The notes under the pieces: generated by a model
What the model saw: only the letters and a program-made list of their open reading frames with translations
The model's database searches: none
Told to the model about the DNA's origin: nothing
Shown here: piece by piece, positions 13,030-25,139 of the stretch
Position numbering within the stretch: position 1 is the stretch's first letter
Layout of the letters: every line of letters starts with the position of its first letter
Program-made: the position numbers and the translations under genes
Assembly: GCA_011109175.1 (NCBI GenBank)
Contig: RDEW01000014.1
Location: 1,010,519 to 1,074,518 of the forward strand
Source: Dicyema japonicum
Lineage: Eukaryota > Animalia > Dicyemida
Length of the DNA: 64,000 nt
Direction of reading: 5' to 3'

Positions 13030-13520
13030 TATGTTCTTTCTTATCAAATGATCTTTATTGCTGCCTCCTGTACTGAAGAGGTGAGAAGCGAGAAATCGAC
13101 ATTGCCCACGATGAACTTTCATGAATCATGAATTGTTCATAAACTGTGACAAGGCTCCCAGATTTTTCCTTATGTGCTTTTGAAAGCATTTTTCTTTGAG
13201 CAAAAGTTACCTCGACATGTCAGATAAAGAGAGCCCTTGGTCGAGGTGACTTCAAGGATGGTTGGTATACTGTTGTTGGTATCATATAGTTGTTGAGTAG
13301 GATATTTGGTTGGATATGGAAGTGTCTTGAACGTTGTGAAAAAGTGTCCTGAACGATTTAGACGGGGGATACATCCAGCCGTAATCGAACAAGTCAAGGC
13401 TGGTGTAATGTCTCGCAAAACTTTAGTGGAAACTTGATAGTATTGATATCTGACAGTAAAGACAATATCGTCGGCGTATAATGGAAGAAGACAATCCTCT
13501 TTTAATATGATGGGCATGTC
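13030..13520 (-). mobile_element. LINE RT relic
   Basis: LPLYADDIV in ORF 13170-13517; otherwise decayed. Confidence 0.5.
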
Positions 13521-13639
13521 ATTTATGTACAGAGAACCATTCAGAAATAGTTAAAGCCAATTAAACCTAATTAAAAATTAACTATTAATTAGGATTTTAA
13601 AATCTTGATTTCTATGTATTATTAAACAGGCGAACACCG

Positions 13640-13900
13640 CCCTTGACATCTTAAACATTGATTGACTATTACTGGGTCGACATCGAAAGGGACAAACTGG
13701 GAAGGTTAGCATACTTCCGTCACTTCAATGTTTCGGTCTTCAAACCGGTGAAAGGGTATTGGCACCATTCAGAAAAGTTGGCCGAAGTGAAAGTATCTGT
13801 ACTAAGAGCTCCCCAGCCACGAACGGAAAATGGTCATTCCATCCAGTTGTGTTCCATCATTCTTACGCATACCAACGAGTTTGAGCACAAAAAAAGACAA
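13640..13900 (-). mobile_element. CRE-clade 3' relic
   Basis: Reverse strand reads RKNDGTQLDGMTIF, a degenerate form of [11 protein letters not shown], followed by a DTF-like segment. Confidence 0.55.
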
Positions 13901-14108
13901 CCTACTAACCTCGTCTAGCGATTTCATTTAAGGCTTTATGCCTGTGGCCTTGCCGGTAATCCTTCTCCAAGCGATTCGATATAATTTAAAACCGTCAATC
14001 CCCTCACCGCATCGAATTAAAAAAAATAATTTAACTTTTGCTTCATCTATTATAACTTATTCGTTTCTAAGAAAATAAAAAAAGTTGAAATCAAAAAATT
14101 AGAAAATC

Positions 14109-14560
14109 ATGTTACTACCAAATAGTTTAGTCTTCCACGTAATCAACTGTTTGTTAAATCATCAAATTCTACCTTCAGACTATTCACCTCAGATCGTCGT
14201 TATAAGGATGCCCCGAGATCCGCCTGGGATATGTCCCTATTCCGCTTCAAAGAATCTCAAAATTTTTGGTGTGACTTACAACTCATTTATGACCTTCACA
14301 AGGAATGCAGAACAATTCCTAACAAAAAAACTTCAGAAGTTGAATGTCCTCAAGGCAATTGTTGGTAAAAGTCAATACCCGGTAGAAAACTGGATACACA
14401 AATTATACCGACAAATTATTGTGCCTTTATGAAATATCCTTGTTTCTCATAGATGTAAGTACTAACTTCGTTGTCATTGGATAAAATCAGCTCTTTATAC
14501 GAAAAGACTCTGCATTTTTAACAAAAACGAACAGACCCTACCCTTGACAGTTCTATCAAG
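14109..14560 (+). mobile_element. Jockey/I-group-like LINE relic (post-RT region)
   Basis: LKIFGVTYNSFMTF...KLNVLKAIVGK...KLYRQII. Confidence 0.6.
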
Positions 14561-15179
14561 ACCAAATGAATCCAGGATGTTTATCTGTATTACGATATAA
14601 AAAAACGGTCCTTAGACATCTATCCCCCATTGACTTCCTGTGTAAATAGAAGCGAAGACACTTCCAGGAAACGTTGGGGTTCCTCGATGAGCACAGGATG
14701 AAAATGACAAAGATGATAAGTGGAACCAATCCAATTAGTTCGGTTACATTTAATTTTTTTCTCAATGTTTCCTGTGGTTATGTAAATATAATAAATCGTT
14801 TGCATGATATGGAACGAGCACCAAGCTGTCTTTTCCAGATTTCTTAGTTTAGATGTAGAACCTAAGCGTGGTCAAAAGTCAACCCATCATATTCTAGCTG
14901 AGCATCAACAGATCTCCACAAAAATTATTGACTTAGAAAAAAATTATTGAGATTATTCAGATTCAATAAACGAAGTTTACATCAAAATCTAGGACTTCAC
15001 GTTCAGGAGCTACTTAGTTATCCGTTCTGAAGCGTTTCTGGCATGGCTGATTGATTACTCATAGTTGTAGATGAATCAATTTTTCATCAGTCTATTATTT
15101 GTACCCTCCACACATGAAATTGTGTTCATGAAGTAAAAGGACCTGTTTTAATTTAATTTATTAACTCCGAAATCACGAG

Positions 15180-16540
15180 AAAGAGGATAAGAGTTATTGT
15201 CTAATTCAGTAGGAGGACGGGAAGTTTGGTGGGTTTTTTCTTAAGGGTAGGGTGTATCAGTGATTTTGACGGAATCTTGTTCTTGTTTATTGAGAGATTA
15301 AAAATTTGTGTTATTGCGGCCATCGCGGAAGGACCAAGGTGTTTCAGTTCGAGAACGGAGATGTCGTCTGAACCGCAGGACGACGAGTTGTTCGTTTTTC
15401 TAATTACCGTATGCACCATTGATGGGTCGAAGAAAGTCATGTTGGGACATTTATTTCTTTAACCATGCCTGGACGAACATCCAGGTCTTTTGAATATGGT
15501 TTATGACTAATATTACATAGTACTTCATAATTTCATTGGGATATGGACATGCTATCAATGTCCAATTAAACTTGGAGAGCACTTCTCGAGCCTCCTTATC
15601 ATTTTCATAACGGAGGAAGTATTATTCGTAGTTTTTCTGAGCACGGCCTCCCAACGTTCATTGCTGTGCTTTGTGATGTTCCGCGTGATTTCTTTATTCA
15701 GTTTTGATATCCTTTCAGTTACTTCCACTCATTGTCTTTCGAAATTCTTCAGCTTATATCTCGTTGGATTAGATCTCGCGTTTCAGCATCAATTAGATGT
15801 GATGGACGTTGAGGACGACCCATCGGAATGTATCTTTTGCGAGCTCGAAGTATAATCTCGTTGAGGTACTTGACAGCAGCGTCGATAGATCCGAAGTTAT
15901 CTATCCGGAAGACCTGAAAGTGTAGTTCGATAAAATATGTGAAGGCGGGCCATATTGCTTTTGAGAAATTAACATTGGTTCTCGGAGTGTTCATTAACTT
16001 ATGTTTTTGTGGGATCTTCATAAAGATCGGGTTATGGTCAGTAAGTCGTATATAACATCCCATGAAATGACAGCCGCAAGAGAAGGAACAGCAAAAGAAA
16101 TGTCGGGTGTAGTAGGGGAGTCGCCTCGACGGGAAGGGTCCTTGTGTGTTTGCTTGGATTATTGAGAATGATCAGGTCGTCAAAACTGTCGGATATGAAA
16201 ACTCTCCTTTGATCCAATTGTTGGCCAGCATTGAGAACTCTTCGCGTTTAGGTCACCGCCAATTTGCATGTTTTAAAACCTGGTGAATCGCTTGAGTTCG
16301 GGATGGTAACCGCTGGGGTATGTACATATTGACAACTGTCAATCGGAGAGGGGGTAGGCAGATTCTCAGAGTTGTTGTTCCAGTGTATCGTCTTGACGGA
16401 AGGGGTCCGGGTTGTCGTCCGAAATATTTCTGGTCTTTATATACTTCCTGATTAATGTAACAAGACCTCTTCCCTTTCCATGACCTCTGTCTCGCCTGAA
16501 AACGAAGTATACCGGAATGTTGGGGGCTGGCCGCCATGGA
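15180..16540 (-). mobile_element. Jockey/I-group-like LINE relic (APE and pre-RT)
   Basis: VVNMYIP, LTDHNPI, NFSKAIW, GSDDISVLELKHLG...IFNLSI. Confidence 0.75.
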
Positions 16541-16829
16541 TTAAGTTTTGTCTCTTGGAAAAAGATCTATGTCCGGGAAGTGTTTTACGAGAAAGCGTTG
16601 TAGTTCGGCAATTTTTGTTGGGATACTATTGATGTTAATTTGTTCTATGACTAAATCTGGTCCAGGATTTTTTTTGACGTTTCCATGTGAAAGGAGCAGG
16701 ATCCGACACCATCCGAGCGTCTATGGTTGCGGAATAGGGAGTTTGCGACTTTTTCCCGACAATTCAATTGAGCGATGCCACTACGTAGGTGAGTCACACG
16801 GCATAAAAATTCAAAGATAATTTAATTGA

Positions 16830-17800
16830 AGACCTGTTTACTACCGCCAACTAATAAATCCATTCTATCTCTTGTCAGAATAGCTATGCACCAAATCTCC
16901 AGTTTTGATATATCCAAAGCTTTCGACACTGTGTGGCATCTTGGAATTCTTATTTGTCTTGCGAAATGTGGTGTTGAAAGGGAACTTTATTTTTATATAC
17001 GAAGTTTGCTCTCGGACAGACGGTCAATTGTTAATTTTTAAACTGAGTATCGTGAAATTTGGTTTAACTCAAAGGTGTGCCTCAGGGTTCAGTGCTCATT
17101 CCACTATTATTCAACATTGTAATTAGTGAGTTGCCTTGCTCAGAAAACCCACGTATAGAAATCTTGATATACGCAGATGACGTCATAATTTATGATGTCT
17201 TTTTTAACCCTTTGGTATCTGAGAAACTATTGAAGGCATACATGGACTAGATCGAAAATTAATGTAATGAAAACTTTCTTTCAGTTGCACATGAGAAGTC
17301 TGATCTGGTGAGGATAACTGAATGCAGGAGGCTGGCTAACCTAAAAAACTCGTTGCAAGACGTATTTCGGAAGAAGACTATGAAATATCTTGGCCTCCTA
17401 ATTGACGAAGGAGGTAATTTTCTGGAACATGCTAAAATACGATAGAAAAAAGCTACGAACGCTCTGTTCTCGGTTATAAAATTAAAGCTCGAGCCGGAGA
17501 ACACCGCAATATTACCTGCAATGTTATACGGTTTAGAAGGATGGTACGCCTCAAAAAAGAGAGACTCTATTCAAGAAATTTGAGAAAACGCGAAATTTTG
17601 CTCTAAAGTTTGCTTACGGATAAGTTCTCGTGTGCCAATTCCCCTATGGTCGGAAGGAAAAATGTACAAGGTTAGCGGAACTATCGAAAATCTTATTCGA
17701 GGTTTCAAAAATCGCACTAAAGTATCTGGCACTTATCTTCAGAAATAACCCAGTGTTTTCGGATTTTTTGGGGAGACTGTCGAGGTAGAAGTTGTTGGCA
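16830..17800 (+). mobile_element. LINE RT relic
   Basis: FDISKAFDTVWH, frameshifted GVPQGSVL-like motif, IYADDV at about 17165, KYLGLLID. Confidence 0.7.
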
Positions 17801-18804
17801 TGCCCTACCGTTTCATATTACTTTCTCCATCACTTCATTTACAGTGTTTTTTTTCTTTATAATAACTTACTAACTAACTATAATCCTCTTTTTGCAACTC
17901 AACATATTATTTTCTGAAAAAAACTGGCTATCTATCAACAAGGACTTCAATTTTTTCACGACATTAAGGAGTTGGTAATTTTGAACAAGGGTACTCGTTG
18001 TTCCTCACATCGAATATAATCTGACACTTCCCCTGACATCTACTGATCTCCCAACTTAATTCTCGATATATACCGGAATATTTTACATTATTGCCATCAA
18101 AAAAAACCAATGAAAATGAAGAACTCAAAAACCTTGATTAACTATAAACAAAGTAAATGGGATTCCTATAAAACGAGACCGATTCCTTACTTCTCACTCG
18201 CCATCTAGGTGTTTCACTATTTTGTCTACCAACTCACTAAGCTTGCCGACTCTTCTTATGCTGATGATATAATTTGATGGATCCTTAACTTCTGCGGTTC
18301 GAAAATATTTTCTCATGGTTGGACTTCAATCTCCTCAATTCTTTCTCAACAAAGTCGTCTTTAACTCTCTTCACACGTAATCCGAACCAATTTAACAGAA
18401 CCAACTCTGATCTTAAATAATACTCACACCTGTCGTCAAATATCCAAATATACTTAACTTAATCTTCGATACTTTTTTTAAGTCAAACATATAAAACAAT
18501 AAACACAAATAAGGTTCCAACTGCCAAGTGAAAGTGAGCATTGTCGTGGACGATGACGATACTTGTCTATCGGGTAAGGAACAACTCGCCTACAGGCCCC
18601 AGTTGTACCCGAATTCACACATAAAAAATAAAGACAACTTGTCTAAAAAATAGAGACATCTGGCCTACTGGGAAAAATAAGAATTTTAAATCCGAAATAT
18701 CACAAAAATTCTTTTAACCACCTAAACGCAAATCGTCTTATGTACATCCCTAACCGGTAGGGAGCAAATTCCTATACTTTGCTCCCATAGTCCTCGTAAT
18801 AATA

Positions 18805-19020
18805 ATAAAGCCTTTTCACGAGAGCCATAGTATTTATTGCTCCGTATAGGCAGAACACACACTTTATTTAAGTAAAGCACAGTTAATTTTAACTAATCGT
18901 AGATCCAAGGAACGATCTTCACGTCTTTTTTTCTTTTTTTGTGTGAGTGTCCTTTCTAGACAATCCAGTTCCGCAGTGAGTATCCACTGATGACGGCGTC
19001 ATCGTCAAACCCTTTCTGCG
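18805..19020 (-). repeat. Dispersed repeat (probable LINE 3' end); uninterrupted copy of the sequence hosting the foldback element
   Basis: Closely matches 57517-57668 joined to 58658-58712. TTA-type tail at the 18800 side. Confidence 0.8.
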
Positions 19021-19099
19021 TCGTAGATGCGTGGATTTTTGTGTTATAACGATATTTTCTAGACATTAATAATATGTGCTCCTAAATACTTGATAATTC

Positions 19100-19381
19100 T
19101 TTAAATCTTGTAGATATAGGCGAGGTTGAAGAGACAGACGATATTAATGTCGTAAAAGTAACTAAGAAAGAATCTTATTCTGCTCTTCAAGTATTGAAAA
19201 AATATTTTAAACAGCCTGAATTGTTTGATTTAAATAAAATGGAGGGGTTGAATCAAATTTCAAAAGCACTGAAGAAAGGAAATGAGGTTAGCAACACACA
19301 AATAAATTTTTATTTATCACTCTTTCTAATCGTCGGTTTTTTCAATTCCCAAAATTGGCGGTTAAGAGGAGTCTTACTGTA
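19100..19381 (+). mobile_element. pogo/Tigger 3' end relic
   Basis: VTKKESYSALQVLKKYF resembles a Tigger C-terminus. The end reads TA-CAGTAAGACTCCTCTTAACCG on the - strand, like a pogo TIR. Confidence 0.5.
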
Positions 19382-19399
19382 TTTTGTTTGCCGACGTCT

Positions 19400-21290
19400 G
19401 CTCAACTGTGGGTTAGAGGATCTTCGATAGAGTTCTTTGTAGATTGAATGCATTTTTCGGACATTCTAAAGTTTACAGACTTAAGGACCGAAACAGTCTG
19501 GTGGTCAGAATCTGAGACAGCCGCAGAAAATATAAGCTTCGCATCTCCAAATGATCGGCAACAGGGAGAATCCTTGTTTCCCAGTGTTAATGGTCGGTGG
19601 ATCTTATGCATTCCGTAATGGTCCGCAGAGCAGAGTTCTGGATGACTTGAAGCTTCAGTGACATGAGAATAATGCGCAATTAGGGCAGACTTAATTTATC
19701 GTGGTCCTGAAGAACTGTTTGTAAATATTCGTCAGGAATTCTTTGGATTGGCTTTGAGAGATACCATCGACCACACGGAGGACATTTAATTTCCTCTTCA
19801 GTGTTGTGTTAAGACATAATATGCTGTCTGAAGGAGAGATTTTGGTCAGAAGTAACTACCAGTAATTTGGAGTGATAGATGACAGGGAGGAGACAATGGT
19901 GTAGTGACATAGTTGGTGAGCTGTCAAAATGTCTCTTGACAGACGTGAAAAGAGTGACAGATGATTTCGTAGGGGAACGGGGCATCCAGTTAGAGTCCAT
20001 TCACTCATAAGATCCAGGTGATGCTGCAAATTTAGCGTGGCTTTCTGAATGTCTGTGTCCTAGGCAGCGGTGACAATGTCATCGGCATACATAAGGACAA
20101 TTGAGTTTGGAGTAGTCGGAATGAACTCTGGTGGAGGTTGAAAAGGTTCGGGGAGAAAATATAACTCCGTAGAACCCCGTTTGGAAGATGCCTGAACCGT
20201 GAACTGCACGAGTGGAAACACACTTGTCCGAGTCCGTCTAAAAGAAAATTCAAAAGCCAGCTCATCCAGATGGGTGGAATTCCAAAGGAGAGAAATTTGT
20301 TGGACAGTACTACACGTGAGGTGCGATTAAAAGCCTTGGTGAGGTCAATTGATGAAAATACCGTCCTTTTAGAGGGAGAGGAGTTATTGAAACCGTCGGC
20401 AATGTATGTAAAAGAGTTGTCAGGTGGGTGGTTGTGGAGTGGAGTAGACGGAAAACATACGATGATTGGCGAGCATGGTGTAATTTGAAATTTCTTTAAA
20501 GACGATTCTCTCTAAAATTTTGAAAACCACAAACAGAAGAAAGATATTCTTGAACGATGAAGGATCTACTGGACTCTAGTTAATGTCAATGAGTTGTATC
20601 ATATTTATAAAATGGGAACTCCTTGACTTTCAGATTCTTTTTGCGAGGGCGGGAGGTATCATCTTGAGGTGACTAATAGAAAAGTAAAACCTCAAATCAT
20701 TGCCTGACTAGGGAAGTATTTCAGTTTTGTTTCTTTTTGGCTGGGCCTTTAAGGAGATTGGATCAGTTTGTCAGGTCTTGATGCTCTAATCGCCCACCAG
20801 AATTTTCTTGGGTTACTTTCTTAAATTCCGCCCATTTTCCTCCTTTTGCTTTGCGAAGAACGAATTGAAGGTTTTGTTCAGATCGGACACTCTGAGTGCA
20901 ACAGATCGCTATTTGCTGGATGTGGTCTCTTCAAATGTCTTTTTTTCCGGATCAAGGGAATGATTTCATGGTTGAAGTACATTGAAGTCACATATGAAAC
21001 CCTTCGGTATGAACTTATCATCGGCAGTTTAAAATCACCGTGTTGAATGTGCCCATGGCTTCTTCAAAAGAGTGAAACTTGTCAACCGCAACTCATCGAG
21101 AGACTGTTCAGTGGCAGACTTGAATTCCTCCCAACATGCTCTCTTATGGTTAATGTAAGTACGTCTGTATAAATTTCATGGTGATAAAAGGTCTATAGTC
21201 ACAATAATAGGGTTATGGTCAGATAAAAGATCATAATAGACTTTCCAGGATAAGGACAAATTTAACGAACAAAGTGTGAGATCTGTGGAG
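19400..21290 (-). mobile_element. Jockey/I-group-like LINE, degenerate
   Basis: SDHNPII (APE end, about 21210-21230), SIDLTKAFNR (about 20330), RHLPNGV...SPNLFN and YADD (about 20080). Confidence 0.75.
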
Positions 21291-21743
21291 ATGTTGGAAT
21301 TTCCAGGATGGATCTGGTATGCTGATGTGGATTGTTCAAAACACAAGATGATCAAGATCGGAAATCAATTGTTCTCCTCTTGGCCGGGTGGCACAGTGTT
21401 CGAATCTTGCTGCGACATTCCGATTGAAGGTTCCAGGCATCTACAATGTTTTGGTTTTGATGAGTGACGACGTCATCGGTGAATATTTCACAGCGAAACG
21501 ACGATCGTCTATAAAAAAACATGTCTTGCCTGAGCGGAGCTATATCTAATATGGCTCCACGTAAAATGCAGTTAAACTGCAGTTTTTTTTCCTCTTGAAA
21601 CGAACGACTGGTCGATAAGAGTTTAAATGTCTTCCGATAAAAATACGAATACATAAAAATTTTATTTGATAAATTATATAAAATTATCATTAAAATGATT
21701 TGAAAATAACCTAAATTAATTCTTCACAATATTGATTCACTAT

Positions 21744-24700
21744 ATGAGCAAATCTGTTATTGTAATAGGAATATGTGCTATGCACAATAAATCGTCAACT
21801 TTTTCGAATGCAGGAGATTATTCGTCGACTTTCAATTCTTCGACCACTTTAAAGTAAAGTTTAAAACTTAATTTGGGTTACTGTATTTGAAGAAAAGGTA
21901 ATATTACAAAGTCCCATTGAAGACTGGCCTTTTTGCGACTGTCTTTTGGCGTACTATTCGAATGGATTTCCTTTGGAGAAGGCCATCAAATATGCGGATT
22001 TACGAAATCCTTTTGTTTTAAACGATTTGAACATGCAACGAGAAATGCAGGATAGGTTAGATATTCCAGCGATTTTAATTAGACTCAAGATTTATAAAAT
22101 TTTGAAAGAAAACGAAATCCCCTGTCCTTACCTAATTTACACAAAAAGTGGTCAAATCACAGAAACAGACGATGCCATAGAAATTGACGGAAAAGTTTTA
22201 TCTAAACCCTTTGTGGAGAAACCAATTTCTGCTGATGATCACAATATAAACATTTACCTACCCCCAGTGGCTGGTGGGGGTTGCCAAAAACTTTTCAGAA
22301 AGTATAAAATTAAAATTGAATTAGAATCGGAGATAATTCAAGCATTTACTGCGAAGATAGCAGAATCCGGAAAGAATCAGAATATCTCTATGAAGAATTC
22401 CTGCAGACTGAAGGACTGGATATCAAAGTTCAAATTAAATTATACTGTTGGTGTACGCAATCGGACCTGGATATGCTCATGCGGAAGCTAGAAAGTCCCA
22501 ATGCTGGATGGAAAAGGTAAAGCGAAACAAAGCCGGAAAGAAATCCGTTATCCAGTCATTCTGAGTTCATCCGAGAAAATTATCGCGCAGAAGATTTGTT
22601 TGGCCTTCAAAGTAATCTCAGATTTCAAATAAATAGCAAACTGTGTGTGGGTTTGATTTACTCCGTTCTGGGGGGGAATCCTATGTATGTGACGTGAATG
22701 GATTTTCTTTAGTAAAAAAACTCACAAAAGTACTATGACGATGCCGCTGCAGTTATTGGGTTATATTTCGGATTATTAAAGAGGGTTAATACTCAACCAT
22801 TTTAACGATGTAGTCTCCTTCCAGTTTGTAACTCATCTCCCTGAGGATATCCCATTTTTACAACCACCACAGGGACTGTTATGGAATTGAGATCCATTAT
22901 TTCTATCATCAGACATGCCGACAGGACGCCAAAACAGAAGGTTAAAATGGTGGCCAGTAATTCTATGTATTTTTTTTATTACTGATCAGATTTTTCGAGT
23001 TTTTTAATAAACATGCCGATGGAAGGAAAAATGAGATAAAATTGAAAAAAGCCTAATCAACTGCAGGAAACTGCTCGATATTGTCAGGCTTTTGCTTCTA
23101 AATTATAATTCTGATGAAATTGCTGAACCTCAACATAAACTCGAACATCTAAAAAACGTGCTTGAAATGTATGGCTTTTTCTCTGGGTTCAACAGAAAAG
23201 TACAAATGAAAAGTGAACTTATCTTAATTTTAGAAAGAAATAATATCATATTTTTAGTTATGAAATGGGGAGGAGAACTCACAAGCACTGGTCGTAAACA
23301 AGCAGAGTCTCTTGGTCGTTCTTATCGACTCCTTTACCCGTCAGGACGTATATTTACCGGTTTCATTATATTATAGACCAAACTGATACTTTGGGTTTCG
23401 GTTTTCTACGTCTTCACAGCACATATCGACACGATCTCAAAATTTATGCTTCGATGAAGGTAGAGTTCAACTTACTGCTGCCGCCTTTACAAAAGTAGAA
23501 ATTTCATGATATCAAGGGGTTACTCGATCTGGAAGGGAAACTGGCGCCAATATTTGTACAGATGGTGAAATCTACCCCTTTGGATTATAGACAGCGATTC
23601 TTCCCTCATATCAGACGCCTGAAAAGTATTCTAGTTCTAAATCATATAAGCATACGAGATATGAATGGATCAATTCATCAATTTGGACAAGACATTGACT
23701 AAAGAAGACTACGAGAAAGTACATTGCTTGATATTCACCTTAGTACTCTCCCACAGGTTCGTCTGCCATAATAGAAGCAATGAACCTCGTGGTAAACCCC
23801 AAGAAACTTTGTTATAGAGTTTTCGAACTTATTGGATTAGTGGTAGCACGTTTGAATAACTGTTGCTATTCGAACCAGGGTTTGTGATATTTAGTAAACC
23901 TAGTTCTATTCGACGGGGAAGGAATAGAGTATGTAATGAGGAGGTGGTCTAAGCTACACAAAGATTTTTATAATGCGGAAAGTGACAGCTTTGTCAGTTC
24001 AAAAATTCCTGATATCTACGACTGCATCCAATTTGACCTCCAACACAATCAAAATATATTTAAATCTGATTTTTCAAATGAACTATACATATCATCTGAG
24101 GCGCTCACGACGATTGTTACCCCACAGGCACCTAATTAATTTATAACATAGGAATTTGGAATTTCAAAAAACGAAAAACTTGAGATAGGACGTATTCTAT
24201 CGGCCGATCTACTTAAGAAGCTAAAGACGGACATTGAAACTTCCCATCAGACGTATGATGGATACACACGTTTGGACGTTTAGGTCTTGCTCATCTTGTA
24301 TGTTAGATATACTAACAATATTGCATCTCCTCACAGATTTGTTCGTTCACGTTATTACTTCACAACGGAAAGAATTATTCAAAGTTTCCTTAATTGCATA
24401 AAATATGACCCCATATTACCGGTTAGCGATAAAATATGGAAATCTGCTGTTTCCTATCTTGAGACCATCTCAATATTTTGGATATCTCTCACAACTGACA
24501 ATTATGATGTACGAAGACAGCACCAAACCATTGGATGATGCTGAGAAGATTCCATGTTGAAATACACGTTTCTCCTGGAATTAGCCAATTGGAATATAGT
24601 GATTCTCAAAATGAATCAATTGCCATAATTCCTATTCAGTCAGAAAGTGATATTTCCTACAATAAATCAAGTTTATGGTCGTTTAAACTATAGTTACTGA

Positions 24701-24857
24701 TTCTGTGATACCCCCCATATTTCCCTTATTTAGTGGAGTCAGGTCATTGAGGACTCTCCACAACAGACTTACTTACCAAACATTTGACGAGTTCTTAAAG
24801 AGAAATTGTCACGAAAAAGTCGTGATAAATGCTAAACTAATGTTAATAATATTTTAA
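21744..24857 (+). CDS. PPIP5K: Inositol hexakisphosphate/diphosphoinositol-pentakisphosphate kinase (PPIP5K/VIP1), multi-exon; apparent homopolymer indels; 3' end approximate
   Basis: [68 protein letters not shown] (22911), [44 protein letters not shown]. Introns of 21-27 nt. Confidence 0.92.
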
Positions 24858-25139
24858 TCCTCACTTGAACTATTTGATAGTTTTTTGAAATTAGGGTAAT
24901 ACAAGTGACTACAAAATACAACTTTATTACCAATCATTTGATTTAGTTAATATAACTGTTAATTTTTGCATTAAACTGTTTTTATTAAAAAAATTTTAAA
25001 AATTAATATGTCGCGAGCGCTGAGCTTGATGACAGGTAATTGACAGGTGCCAATATCTGTCATGTTAATTGAAAATTAATCAATTTGCTTAATAATAACG
25101 AATAAATTAACTAATTAATTAATTAAGCGTATTTTGATC

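Noticed and set aside
21744-24857. PPIP5K as a pseudogene
   Set aside because: Frame breaks are mostly single-base changes in A/C/G runs, often compensating, with protein conservation on both sides. The same pattern occurs in the RTE and CRE, so consensus error is more likely.
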